Assembly (NCBI RefSeq): GCF_018350175.1
Contig: NC_058373.1
Coordinates: forward strand, 5,332,001 to 5,396,000
DNA: 64,000 bases
Direction: 5' to 3'
DNA from: Felis catus
Lineage: Eukaryota
The position numbers and the translations under genes were made by a program. This document shows, piece by piece, positions 14,159-27,800 of the stretch. The notes beneath the pieces were generated by a model, which was not told the origin of the DNA, made no database searches, and saw nothing but the letters and a program-made list of their open reading frames with translations. Each line of letters begins with the position of its first letter. Position 1 is the stretch's first letter.

Positions 14159-14743
14159 AAAAAAGGAGCCAGCAAAGTCTAAGCACAAATGTATTCCAAA
14201 GTGCAACTTTGCTAATTATTAAATCCAAATTTAAAAACAGTGAGCGACCATTTTCAAGTCTGGTATTAGCAGACTTCTGTTAACTGTTGGGGTTGATGCT
14301 GTAAGAGGCAATGTCCTACAGTGCTCCTGAGAGCCTTTCTGGAAAAGAATACTGTAGACTGTACAAGAGCCTCAGATCTGAAATATGGGCATGGAATTTA
14401 CATGGCTGTTTTTTTACATTTTTTTTTGTTGTTTTTTAATTGAAGTATAGCTGACAGACAATATTATATTACTTTCAGTTCAGCACAGTGGTTCGACAAT
14501 TGTACTTACCACTTCTCACCATACAAGATTATTGCAATGTTGTTAACTGTATGATAGTGTTATATAAACAGCCTAAATGTCCTGAGAGAGTGACTGGGTA
14601 CATTATAGAGCATTCCTGACATTGAAAATGGTTTGTGAAGAATTTCATAATGATTTGAAAATGTTCAAATGTCAACGATGGAAAAACGTAGGGACAAATA
14701 GAATCCAGAAGTGTGAGATCTCAACCATAAAAAAGAAAATTGA

Positions 14744-14965
14744 AGGACACCTGGGTGGCTCAGTCAGTTAAGCATCTGACTCCAGCTCAGGTCATGATCT
14801 CACAGTTTGTGGGTTTGAGCCCCACATCGGGCTGTGTGCTGACAGCTCAGAGCCTGGAGCCTGCTTGGGATTCTCTGTCTCCCTCTCTCTGCCCCTCCCT
14901 CGCTCACTCACACTCACTCTCTCTCTCAAAAGTAAATAAGCATTTTTTTTTATTAAAAAAAAAAG
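14744..14965 (+). mobile_element. Can-SINE
   Basis: Head, CT tract, A-tail; aaaagaaaatt TSD. Confidence 0.85.
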
Positions 14966-16311
14966 AAAAGAAAATTAAATAGAAAAATAGATGAGAAAAA
15001 AGCCAAATATTTTCAAGTTCTTTAAATCTCTACGTATAGTATAAATATTCCACAGTACACATGCATACAGATAACGTATTTGTATATATGTACATAAAAC
15101 ACTTTGATCAAAAATATGGTTTTAAAAAATTGGTGAGTTTTTGTTTGTTTTCAGACTAGCTAATCCTTACCATCCAGGTATAATAATACAGTCACTGGAC
15201 AACCTTGATCTTGTTAGATTTGTGAGATAGAATAAAAACTTCATTGTTTTTCTTCACAAAGAAATTATTATAGTCTGGCGTTTTAAGAGCAACACAGAAA
15301 TAAAGAAGGAAGTAACAGCTCGACTAAGCCAGTTTTCCCAGTGACAAGGCTAAAGGCTTTCAGGGGAAGTTGGCTTCAGGGTCACCTCCCTGGGAGCCTG
15401 CAGACTGCCCCTGGCCCACCCCTCGACCTCAGGAGACCTTGACCTTGGGAGACTTGCCCTTGGGAGCCCCCCTACTTGTGGGACCGCCGCAGGCCATGCC
15501 CTGTGGGCCTGTGGGCTGCCACCCCACTCTGCACAGCCTCCCCACCTGCTCTCAGCCACTAGAGGCTCCAGCAGACTTTCTCTCTCCAAGGACATTTCCT
15601 TCGATAAAAGTGCCATAAATCTGGGGGGACGACTAGCCTGTAGTTCAGGCACAGCCGTCACCAGTGTGGACAAACACGCCCGTTTGCTGTCAGCCTACTC
15701 CACCGCGTGCTGTTCCTCTCCTTGGTGCCCAGTGACCGAAATCATGTCATCGGCCTCAGTCTGGCTACCAGGTAGTTTGGTTGCTTTTGAAATACTGGTC
15801 TCGCAGCTTTATTTGTATAATATAATTTTGCCTGGAGATGTAATGTTTTTGGGTTAATAAGCCCTAAATTTGCAACTGCCATGGTTATTCTTAAAAATGG
15901 TTTTTTTACTAAAAATCAATTTATGAAGCTCCTGAAGTTCAACTGTCACCTTGGTTTTCCTAAGTAATTTGCATCAGCCACGATGCATGGTCTCCAGTCT
16001 TTTTCTTTCCCCCTAATATAAGCAACTGTCAGACTTTTACTGTGAGTTCCAATAAAAATTTCACAAGTTTTTACTTTGAAATCAGCTGTTGAGGAAAAGA
16101 AGCTGGTGTGTGATTGATCAGCTGCTCCCACTAGGGAAAAACAGATGGTAAACACGGGCACAGGTGACATTGCCACGGTTCCTGAAGCATCAGAGGCACT
16201 GGCAGTGGTCATCACCCTGGAGCTCCTGAGCGACCCGATCATGACCATGACCTCGGTGCTATGGCTGTGTGGGCAGTGCCCCTCATACCTCCATATCAAA
16301 AACATAAGAGA

Positions 16312-16520
16312 GGGGCACCTGGGTGGTTCAATTGGGTAAGCATCTGACTTCAGCTCAGGTCAGGATCTCACGGCTCGTGGGTTGGAGCCCCGCATTGGGC
16401 TCTACACTGTCAGCTTAGAGCCTGGAGCCTGCTTCGGATTCTGTGTCTCCCTCCATCTCTGCCCCTCCCCCGCTTTTCTGTCGCTCTCAAAAATAAACAT
16501 TAAAAAAATTTAAAAAAAAA
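16312..16520 (+). mobile_element. Can-SINE
   Basis: Head, CT tract, A-tail; ataagaga TSD. Confidence 0.88.
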
Positions 16521-16967
16521 AAATAAGAGAACTAGATGTGGCAGCACGTTCGGAGGTTAGTGACTGCTCTTGAGTCTGGCCCCTTACGTGACAATACCAA
16601 ATACATGAGAAAGTGCCTGCCACCCCACCACACGAGCCTCTCTTTACCTTTTTGGGTCTCAGTAGTAATTGCAAATTATCAATATGAAGATCTCACATTA
16701 GTCATGCAAAATAATGGGACCAACTTAAGAAACTAGATTGTTGTTATGTATTTTTTTAAGTGGTCTGCCAGAGTTGGGAGGCAGTAACCAACCCCTGGGT
16801 TACTTTGAGTTAGGGTCGCTGCTTTTGGTGTAGAAGAAGGGAACTGCCAGTGTGCCAACCTTTTGGAGAAGTGGTCGGGGTTGAGGACAGTCCTCGAGTG
16901 GAAGAGAAGGAGGTGCCTTGCACAAATAAAGAGCGACGGTGAGGATAAATATTTGGATCATGTCGAG

Positions 16968-17415
16968 GTGAGCTTCCTGTTGCCCAAGCTAACTAGCAAA
17001 AAAGAAGTAGACCAAGCAATAAAAAGTACTGCAGAGAAGGCGTTGGTTCAGGTTTGGGAGAGATGAGGATCCTGTCTGTCTGCAGCCAGATGATATTCCT
17101 TCTGAGACGTCTTCTGACCTGAGTAGAATGGCTGCCATGTATCTGGTAGATGTGGACCGAACTCCCGTTTACACGCACTATTTTGACATCAGTTATATTC
17201 CATCTACTGTGTTCTTCTTCGATGGGCAGCACATGAAAGTGAATTAGGGGTCTCCTGATCACACTAAGTTTGTGGGAAGTTTCAAAACCAAGCAAGACTT
17301 CATAGATGTGGTTGAAGTAATTTATCGAGGAGCAGTGAGGGGAAAGCTTATTGTCCAAAGTCTTACTGATCCCAAGAATATTCCCAAATGTGACCTTCTC
17401 TATCAAGACATTTAG
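16968..17415 (+). pseudogene. TXNL4B: Processed TXNL4B (Dim2, thioredoxin-like 4B) pseudogene in BLM intron 14; UTR-derived flanks probably extend from about 16760 to 17932
   Basis: Intronless (V)SFLLPKLTSKKEVDQAIKSTAEK...[69 protein letters not shown]. Start ATG>GTG, 2-nt deletion near 17049 (448 nt instead of 450), in-frame TAG at 17245-17247. Confidence 0.93.
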
Positions 17416-17932
17416 CGTATTCACTACTGTCAAAGTTGAAGAAAAAAGCACATCGTGAAACAGTACCTGAACCCAGCTGTGCCATTTTCCTGGGGTCCTT
17501 CGGACGTGTGTTTAGCGTCCCAGCGGAGAAGAGTGCTGACTTGGGTAGAAAATACCCCATCCCCAAGTAAAAGACAACGCTGACGACCGCAATGAGCAGG
17601 GATGCTTAAATGTCTGTTCCTTGCAAACCCCAGAGCAGTCAAGACGACTGGGGTCACTTTACCCAGCGGGATTTTTTAAAGTTTATATTGTGCTTCTCTT
17701 TAGTCCTTAAGATGATACAGAATCCTTCTGAACATTGGCTAGTATTTTTATGTTGATTTTGATACACAAGATAGGAAATCACTTCCCGTAAGAACAGAAG
17801 TACTTATGTTTTTACCCTAAAGGTACCCACACACATACCCTCGCCCTCACCTGTTTCTCCACTCATGTATTTGTCTCATGCTCTCCTGTCTCCAGTCCTT
17901 ATTATCTCAGTTTCTCTTGGAATAAATGATTT

Positions 17933-18082
17933 NNNNNNNNNNNNNNNNNNNNNNNNNNNNNNNNNNNNNNNNNNNNNNNNNNNNNNNNNNNNNNNNNNNN
18001 NNNNNNNNNNNNNNNNNNNNNNNNNNNNNNNNNNNNNNNNNNNNNNNNNNNNNNNNNNNNNNNNNNNNNNNNNNNNNNNNNN
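17933..18082. other. Assembly gap
   Basis: N run. Confidence 1.
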
Positions 18083-18095
18083 AGAGTGCATTTTA

Positions 18096-18316
18096 TTTTT
18101 TTTTAATTTTTTTTTCAACATTTATTTATTTTTGGGACAGAGAGACAGAGTATGAACGGGGGAGGGGCAGAGAGAGAGGGAGACACAGAATCGGAAACAG
18201 GCTCCAGGCTCTGAGCCATCAGCCCAGAGCCTGACGCGGGGCTCGAACTCACGGACCGTGAGATCGTGACCTGGCTGAAGTCGGACACTTAACCGACTGC
18301 GCCACCCAGGCGCCCC
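18096..18316 (-). mobile_element. Young SINEC_Fc
   Basis: CpG-rich and close to consensus; TSD agagtgcatttta at 18083-18095 and 18318-18330. Confidence 0.93.
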
Positions 18317-18386
18317 TAGAGTGCATTTTAAAGTAAAATAGAGGATAGAGCTTTTAGAGGCATCTGTGATTAAAATGTGTCTTTAA

Positions 18387-18734
<348 letters not shown>

Positions 18735-20825
18735 TAGAACTGTTTATGTAGATATGGAAATTTTACTTCAGTTCACTTTTATTGCACAAGTATTACACGC
18801 TTGTCATGTAAAACTCAAATGATGCAGGCGTGTGTATATGGACGTGCATGAGGCAGAAAATTTCCAAAGCATGCTTGTATACAGTTCTACTCTAGGAAAG
18901 AACCCCAGCTGTTGGTTTCCTTTGTCCTTCCAGATTCAATCTCTGCATGCGTCCTTGCACGTAACACATATTTCAAACACGCAGAATGGTAGAATGGAAG
19001 GAGTAACGAACGCTCATGTACCACCAGGTTAAGAAATAAAACCCCCCGTATGTCCCTCTCCTATCTCAACCCCCCACCCACCCCCCATCAGAGATAAGCA
19101 GTATTTTGTCTTTGCTGTTTACCCCTGCCAAATGCATGTATTTTGCAATGTGAGTGGGATGTGCCTGTCCTACGTAGACGTACAGTGACCTTACTGTTTT
19201 CATTCTACGCTAAGATGTAGCCACGTGTGGTTTGACTACCTAGAATTCCCTAGTACGGTTTATTCCATGTCTACTTAACCAGTCCTCTTTGAATAGAGAC
19301 CTAGATTATTTCTTGGTTTTCATGTTATCAGCAGTGCAACATCGAGCATTTTTGTACGGGTATCTTTGGGCGTTTGTGCGCTTGTGTACATCCAGACTTA
19401 GACTTGCCAGGTCAAAGCAGATACGTATTTTAGAGTTTTGTTATGCCCTTTGCCCGTTTTTCTATTACGTTGTGCTAGTTAAATGTATTTCCTAAGTAAG
19501 TTTTCTATTTTGAGACTGCTTTTGAACGGACCCCTCCAGAGATACTACATATGGGATGTGACACTTACCAGGCACCGTGCCAAATACTGTATCACCTTTT
19601 TTGCTCATAGTGCCTGGCTTTTGAGGCAGAGTTTGTCCGATGAAAAAAGGGAGCTTCACTAAGGTTTTGTAACTTGCCCCCGGGAGCCCCCATGAGCAGC
19701 AGCAGCAGTAGGATGGGGGGCAAGTGGAAGGACAGTGGTAGCGATACTGACAGAGGGCATCGCTTGGCACCCGCTGTATGCTGCCACCTTCACTGCTTGA
19801 TTATATCCCTTCGCTCAGGCTGCACGACAAGCCTGACAGGTGCTGCCATTTCTCCCCTCATTTCACGGACGAGGACGTGAGACGCGAGCCGGTAAGCGGC
19901 AGCGCCCTGTCGGGGCCCAGGTCTGCCTGACCCCCAAAGCCCACGCCCCTTACACTCTATGTAACAAGACGATTCTCAGTGAAAAAATGAAACTTTTAAA
20001 CTCAGTGTGTCCATGTGTGTTTTGAAACAGAACCTGTATTAAGTTAGGTCCAAACAGTTTAATAAGCATTTAAAGTCTTAAACACTTAGCAACATTTTGG
20101 AAAAAAATAGTACTCGTAAACTAGAAAAACAAATTTTATTTTCTTTCTTAACTAACCGCAGTTGCTTGCCAATGGTAAGTATGTGTGCGTCATTCTCAAA
20201 CCTTGAAATTAGATTAGATGTTGCTACCCTTACTTCCTGTTTCACACGGGTTTTCTGGAGGTACTTGTTTTTATCCCAACAGCCTCCAACACTTCAGTTT
20301 CACAGAGATGAACATGGGGCGGCCCCGCAGACTAGCATTTTGTGTGGTGCCAGGAGATGTTAGGTACTGCTGTGTTTCCCTGACATTTAAAATACCCCGC
20401 AGTATTCACCGCAGCACCCCGGGGCTCCTCAGCACGGTTTTGGAGCCACTGGCTTAACTGCTTCCATCCCAGATGCCCAGGGAGGCGTGCGGCCCGCTAC
20501 CATAGTTTCATCCATGCTCTGCTGACTTTGGACGTGCAGTCAAGTACATGAGTGTCTGATAAGTACAGTAAAGTTCAGTCAGATTTTCATTGTTGGGAAC
20601 AACGAAGATTTTAAAAAAATTGTTCAGCCACTCTTGATGACAATCTTCATTTATTCCTATAAAACTAAAAATTTAAGGGATAAACATACTCAGCTGATTA
20701 TAGTATAGAATGATGTTATGTTGATATATAATGGCTACTAGTAATTTTATTTCATTTAAGATTTAAAATTATATTAATCTATTCTAAACATTTTTGTAGT
20801 GTTTTCTTCTATTTTTCTACTCTAA

Positions 20826-21056
<231 letters not shown>

Positions 21057-21121
21057 TGAGAAAGTTTTAAATTCTTTGTAATTCAGGAAATTGCTAGGAC
21101 TTTGTTTTTTCTTTCTTTTTT

Positions 21122-21153
<32 letters not shown>

Positions 21154-21716
21154 CTTTCTTAATTTAGCCAAGTTAGGTTACCATACGTGGGCCCTTGGGG
21201 ACTGAACTGGGGAAGGTGGCTTCTTCCCCATAGTAATTTGGAATAGAAACATTTAGTAGTAATTCTGTGGAATAGTTTTCAAATTAGAAGCCTATGAAAA
21301 GTTTACTGGACCTGTCCAAAATGCTAAGGTTATAGATGTGTACCAAAGGTTACAGAATATTTTAGAAATATCGTTAATCTGTAGATAACCCAAAAAGATC
21401 TGACATGTACAGGTAGAATATTTAAATCAAATTCCAATTTATACTGGAAGAACTCTTTTTCAAAAGAGTTATACTAACTAGTGGACCGTGCATTTGAATC
21501 AGGTCAATTACGTTATTCTATAAATTGGTTATTTAAAACCTATAAAGAATGAATGGCAGTAGCTTCTAGATGAGTTTGCTATTGTCTGTCCTAAAAATTA
21601 TTGTGAGAAGTTGTTAAATTCATTCATCAGGTACTTTATTTTACCTATCATGGTGATTCTGTGTTTTAATGTCTCTGTACTTAACAGAGCATTTTCACAT
21701 TATTTGAAATGTTGGT

Positions 21717-21935
21717 GGGCTCCCGGGTGGCTCAGTCGGTTGAGTGTCCAACTTCGGTTCAGGTCACGATCTCGTGGTTCACGAGAGCCAGCCCCGCATC
21801 GGGCTCTGTGCTGACAGCTCGGAGGCTGGAGCCTGCTTGGGATTCTGTGTCTCCCTCTCTCTCTGCCCCTCCCCTCACTTATGCTCTGTCTCTGTCTCTC
21901 AAAAATGAATAAACGTTAAAAAAAAAAAAAAAAAA
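21717..21935 (+). mobile_element. Can-SINE
   Basis: Head, CT tract, poly(A). Confidence 0.88.
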
Positions 21936-22219
21936 GAAACGTCTGCAAGGTGCTAGGGATTCACAGATGAACAGGGTGTGGGCCAGTTCATAGACTGGAG
22001 GGGGACAGACAGACGTGGATTCACATAATCGTGATACCATGTGAAGAATAAAGTAGTGACAAAGATCTGCAGTGCTGGCCAGAGCAGAGGGTGATATACC
22101 CTCCCTTGGGGTGGAATCGTGGATCGGCAGCCATCCCCCACCCCCCCATCCCCCCCCCCCCCCCCCCGCCGCCCCTGCCTCAGCCTGCCCCCAGCCTTCC
22201 CCTGTAGATGCTGCCAATC

Positions 22220-23500
22220 ACTTCTCATTTAGCAAATATTTGTTGAGTGCCTGCTCTGTGTCAGGCGCTGTTCTAGGAGTTTGGGATGCATCACTGAACA
22301 GGATATAAGCATCCTTGCCCTTGTGGGGCTTACGTTCTAGCAGAGGGAAGCTGAACACAAAAGCATAAGTGCGTGTCAAGCACAGCAGTATAAGGAGTCA
22401 GGAGTGGCGGGTGGGGGGCACAATGCGGTATTGGGTAAGGTGGCCCAGGGACGTCTTATTGCAAAGATGCAGTTCCCTGGATGTGGGCATTCTTGGCCCC
22501 AAGGTGGGGCGGGGGGGCATACCTGTGCATTGGGGGGATAGTGGGGGAGCCCGTGTAGCTGAGCAGGGCCAAGAGTCAAGGGGAAAGGAAAAGGCAGGCC
22601 AGAGCAGCGAATGGAGGGCCGAGTAACTGGAGGCGTGGTGTGACCCTCCCCCCCACCCCGGCCAGGACATTTGGGGCAGGACGTTTGGCAGGATGGATCA
22701 GTTAGGTTTATGGTATATTGAGTTAGGTGTGTCTGTTGATTGAGGAATTCTGGAAAGAGGCTTGTGGTACATAGGGATTTGGGCATATAGGTGGTATTCG
22801 AAGCCACGTGCACAGATGAAATCTTCCGGGATTTAAGTTTAGACCGAAGAGAAGAAAACCAAACCTCTGAGCCCTGGGACATTAAGAGGTTAAGGAGAAG
22901 AGGAGGAGCAAGGAAAGGCGACCAAGAAAGAGAGGTAGCAAGGTCAGAGGAAAACCAAAAATACGCCCAGAAAGTGGTTCAGAAAGGAGGGTGTGCGAGC
23001 CGCTCAAACCCTGCCGCTAAGCTAAGCAGGGAAGGGACCAGGAAGACGCCACTGGATTTAGCGCCACGGGAATCGAGGCGGCTTGCATTTGTTTGACCAG
23101 TTTCAGTAGATGGGGGCAAAACTGGAGACGGTGAATATAGAGAACTCTTACCAGTAGTGCTTCAAGGATGAGCAGAGAAACGAAACAGCAGCTTGCAGGG
23201 GAAGCAGCCCGTGGCTGCACTGATAGGAATGCACTTGTCCAGGATGAAACGTTGACGAGGAGAGAGGAGAGAACCGCTGGAGCAGTGTCCTTGAATAGAC
23301 GGGGGGTCGGGGGGTGTCTAATGTGCAAGTCGAGAGATTGGCTTTAGGCAGGAACCTAGAGAGTTCATCTGGATAGCAGGAGGAAAGAGAAGGCCGTGCA
23401 GGACTGGCGCCGGTGATCGATGTTGTGAAGGAATCTGCAAAAGCTCTCTTCCGGCTGCTTCAGTTTTCTCGGTGAAGAAGCAGGCAAGGTCGGCAGCGGC
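22220..23500. mobile_element. L2 LINE remnants
   Basis: catttagcaaatatttgttgagtgcct...ctgttctagg L2 3'-end signature followed by degenerate purine-rich L2 body; boundaries approximate. Confidence 0.5.
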
Positions 23501-23554
23501 CAGGATAAGAGAGTGATTGAAGAGCAAGCAGAATGAGAAGTGGCCGGCTAGGAC

Positions 23555-23770
23555 AGTTCGGCAAACTTTATCTTAAAGGGCCAGAGGAAATCCGTCAGGC
23601 TTTGTGCGCCTCGGTATCAGGGTCTCTGTCACAGGTGCCCAGCTCTGCTCTCTTAGCCCCAAAGCAGACATAAACAATAAATACATCGATTTTCCATGGC
23701 TATGTTCCGGTAAAATTTGATTTATAGAAACCGGCATCCAGCTCGTAGGCCACAGTATGCCGACTCCTGC
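23555..23770. mobile_element. MER58-like hAT MITE
   Basis: ggcaaactttatcttaaagggccaga...ggccacagtatgccgactcctg pattern. Confidence 0.5.
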
Positions 23771-25028
23771 TCTAAGAGAGCAGAGGAGTGATAGACTGGG
23801 GATGTATGATGATCACCTGGCCGCGGTCAGGGTCCCCCTGAGGTCTGTGGCCATTTGCTGAAAGCGCAGACATTCAGCGTGGTTGCATGTGTTTCTCCAG
23901 CCAAGTTCAGCTACTGAGGTACAGGCACGGAGTGGTGAAGAATTGGATCTACTGTGTGTCGAGCAGTGGATGTGATGAGGTGGCCTAAGGGCCAGGGAGT
24001 TGAAGTTACGTGGACCAGTAGTATTGTAATGACCGCTGTGGAATTCAGGCTGAGTCAAGAGATCATCTGATGGGAACCCGTGGATGGGCAGGCCCGGTGG
24101 ATTGTTAGGCTCAGAATGTACTAGATGGCATGAGGTGGCAGTCGTAGAATGAAGGGGTTGCCGTTATTACTGAGGCCAAGGTGGTGGGCATGACCATGGA
24201 TGTGAGCAGCTGGCATTCACAGAGGACAGGGTCACTAGGGCAGAGGAGATCAGGATGCCAGAGGCCAAGGTGTGGGGGATCATCTGTCTGCTGAGTCACC
24301 AAGGATCAAGGCAGGAATGGTGTGGGAGGGGAGGACAGGGCCCTGTTTCATGACGGTCCCAGACAGAGCCTCAGAATCACCACCAATTTTTAGAATAAGA
24401 CAAGAAACCTGTTTGTCTTGAGGTTGTTAGACTGCAGCAGATGAACAAGGGTTAGAAGGTAAGGGGGCTGCATAGACGGAGGCCAGGAGCATGATGCCAC
24501 TTTTGAGAACAGCGGGTGGTTAGTACTGCGAGTTTACAGAGCCAGGATAGATGAAAGCAGACAGGTCCTGTGGTAATGGGGGCTTAAAAAAGTAGGCCTC
24601 GTTGGGAGACCAGTGAGGAGAAGGAGAGAGCAAACTGACGAGACCATTAAAAGGGTTGACTGTGCCATCAAAGCCCCAAAAGTGATCAGAGGTCACCATC
24701 CAAGTAAATGCCGGAGCACTGTTCTAGAAGGTATGAGGGGTTTGAAAAGAAGGAGACAACAGTCCCACTCACAGCATGCTATCGGCTAATTGAAAGATGA
24801 GAGGTATGTCTCTAACACAGCAATAAAACATACATGGTGGAGTGCTAATTGTTCTAGACACAGGGTCAGTATAAGAACTTAGAAAAGAAAGAACACTTGG
24901 AACTTGGGTTTTGGTCTTGGTTTTGGTGTGGAAACGGTTTGTTGTGAGACTACCGTTGTTACTATTAAACCCTAGCAGTCTAGGTTATCATCTTAATTAC
25001 ACCGAAAGTAATCTCTTTTTATTCATAG

Positions 25029-25193
<165 letters not shown>

Positions 25194-25394
25194 TAGTTGC
25201 AGTTACAGCAGTTGAAATTGAACATCTACAGAAATCATCCCAAGTACGTGGAAAAAAATCTCTTTTGTCTGTCTTGTAGAACTTAAGGATTTCAGAATAA
25301 AACTTCTTGAGTAACAAAAGAAATTCAGCTTTTATGAATGATAACAATTATTTGTGTAGAATTTATATGTTACTAAGGTGAGGTTTTCACATTC

Positions 25395-25660
25395 AGAGAA
25401 GCAAGTAATAGGGCAAAGTGGGTACAGGGGATTAAGAGGTACAAACTTACAGTTAGAAAATGCAGATGTCACGGGAGCGAGAAGCACAGCACAGGAAATA
25501 TAGGCGATACTGCTGTAAAAACGTCGTGTGGTGTCACTCGGTGTCATGGCGGGCGGAGCATAACGTGTATAGTTGTTGAATCACTATGTTGTACCCCCAA
25601 AACTGATATAACGTTGTATGTCAACTATACACCAATAAAAACAATAGGAATAATAAAAAT
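25395..25660 (+). mobile_element. L1 3'UTR end fragment
   Basis: gattaagaggtacaaactt...tgtatgtcaactatacaccaataaaa. Confidence 0.65.
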
Positions 25661-26818
25661 AGGTACAAAGAAAATATTAACGCATATACAACCTCATCTG
25701 AATGAATGGACTATAACTTGCTTGGAGAGTCGCCTGTTGAGTGACTTCCATTTCCGGACGGCAGCCTGGGCAGAAGTATCTGTCTTCTTTTTTTTGTTTG
25801 TTTTGAGGCCCTATCAAAATAATAGTGTGGAAATAAATGGGGATTTGATTCACAAGGGCATCGGTAACCAGAGAGAGCCCATCATCAGATTCAAGATTTT
25901 TCAAATTTTTTAGGGAACGAATGGAAGCATGTTGACGAGCGGAATGAAATACAATAAGCCACCGTGCAATATTAATGAAGGAGAGAGTCTTAGGTGAGGA
26001 GGGCTCTCAACCAGGCAGAACTCCCATTGTCAGGAGGCCTCAGACTGAGTCTCCAGGTCCTGGGGGTGGGAGTGTAAGCAGAGGAGCCACAAACAGGAGG
26101 GGGCAGTTAAAGTCGGCCCACGAAAGAACTCCATCAAATGCCAGCCTGGAATTGATTCCAAAACAAAAATCAAGTGCCCGAGGAATAGAAAGGCAGCTGA
26201 GTTAGGGGCCAGAGCCCCCAAGTGGCATTTGGGGACGACCCTGCCTAAAGCAAACCTGCAAACTGGGTATCTCTGTTCACTGGAGGGATTTAGGGGGAAG
26301 TAGATACAAAATAACGGGGGGCAAACCACTTCAGAAGTTTAACCTGATTCCTGAAGGTTAACTACAACTGGACAGTCAAAGGAGAAACCAAGTAAGTGTT
26401 TGACCCTGAGTATAGAGACAATTTACAAAATAAGTAGTAGCTTTAGGGAGAAGGGAGGGCAAACTCATAATTTAGTTTCTTCACAAAGACTTAAGTAATA
26501 ATAGAATGTTATGGGAAAGAAACAAAGAATGAGAAAGAGCTGTTAAAAATTCTAAGTGATTGACATAGTAAATTTAGTGGAAATGTTGGAAGGTAAAGTC
26601 AAGAAAATCTTTTAAGACTTGAGCAAAAAGATACATGGAAAATATGAGAAAAAATATAGATCACTTCTTAGGAGATGTGAAGTCTGACAAAACTTTTGAA
26701 ATAGAATTAGAAGGAATTATCAAATTTCCCTGAATGAAAGAGTAAAAAGCTTTCAGATTGAAATGTCCACCGAATGCCAAAGGAGATGCTTTATGAGATT
26801 TAAGGATACCAAGAGTAT

Positions 26819-27105
26819 GGGGCACCTGAGTAGCTTAATTGGTTGAGCATCTGACTCTTGATTTCAGCTCAGATTAGGATCCTAGGGTCATGGGATCGAG
26901 TCCAGCATTGGACTCTACGCTGTGTATGGGGCCTGCTTGGGATTCTCTGTCTCTCCCTCTCTTCTGTCTCCTTCTCTCCCTCTCTCTCTCTCTCCCTCTC
27001 TCTCTCTCTCCCTCTCTCTCTTTCCCTCCCTCTGCCCCTCTCTCCCCAGCTTACTCAACCTCTAAAAATAAAACAAATCTTATTTAAAAAAAAAAAAAAG
27101 GATAA
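26819..27105 (+). mobile_element. Can-SINE with expanded CT tract
   Basis: Head, (CT)n, poly(A); ataccaaga repeated on both flanks. Confidence 0.85.
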
Positions 27106-27127
27106 AAAGAATACCAAGAATAAAGTG

Positions 27128-27800
27128 ATGTTGGGGAAGAAAAACTTTTCCTCCACCCTGTTAGATTTAATGTTTGGGGGCCTGTGAATTAAACTGACAA
27201 AAGACAGATTTAATCAAAATGTGGCTCAAAGGGCCTATTAAAATTGGGGCTTAGGGGTGCCTGGGTGGCTCAGTTGGTTGAGCATCTGACTTTGGCTCAG
27301 GTCACCATATCAGGGTTTGTGAGTTCGAGCCCCACATCAGGCTCACTGCTGTCAGCAGTCAGCCTGGATCCCACTTCAGATCCTCTGTCCCCCTCTCTCT
27401 GCCCTTCCCCTGCTTTCACGCTCTCTCTCTCTCAGAAATATATAATCATTTTTTTAAAAATTGGAGCTTATATACCATCTTAATAGGGGAAGGGGAAGAT
27501 GGGAAAGGACACTTAAAGGAAAACAAATGTTGGGGGTGTTTTTGGAAAGATGAATGGGCCCTTAGAATAGAAGAGAGGGAGATAAGATAGTTTTGTGACA
27601 ATGTTTAGGAGTGGTATGGAGGCTTCTCATCTCCAGTGATAAAAACCGGTCTTCTCTGGTTACTCCCAGGGAGAGAATTTATGACATTGGAGTTTTGGGG
27701 GGAGGTCTCTGCTTTTTACAGATAAGAGATTTCAGGAACTCAGATGCCTTCTGCTCAGGGTAATTTTTATGCCACAGTGGCATATTCTGGACCCCTTCTG
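27128..27800 (-). mobile_element. MER34-like ERV1 solo LTR, interrupted by a SINE
   Basis: Minus strand begins gaaggggtccagaatatgccactgtggcataaaaatt and ends ...ccccaaca. Family named from recall. Confidence 0.55.
27254..27456 (+). mobile_element. Can-SINE inserted in the LTR
   Basis: TSD aaaattgg(g/a)gctta. Confidence 0.88.

Noticed and set aside
16993-17451. 152-aa minus-strand ORF
   Set aside because: Antisense shadow of the TXNL4B pseudogene; GTG start and no recognisable protein.
17865-18234. ORFs spanning N runs (also near 29.7, 59.8 and 63.8 kb)
   Set aside because: Artefacts of translating assembly gaps.
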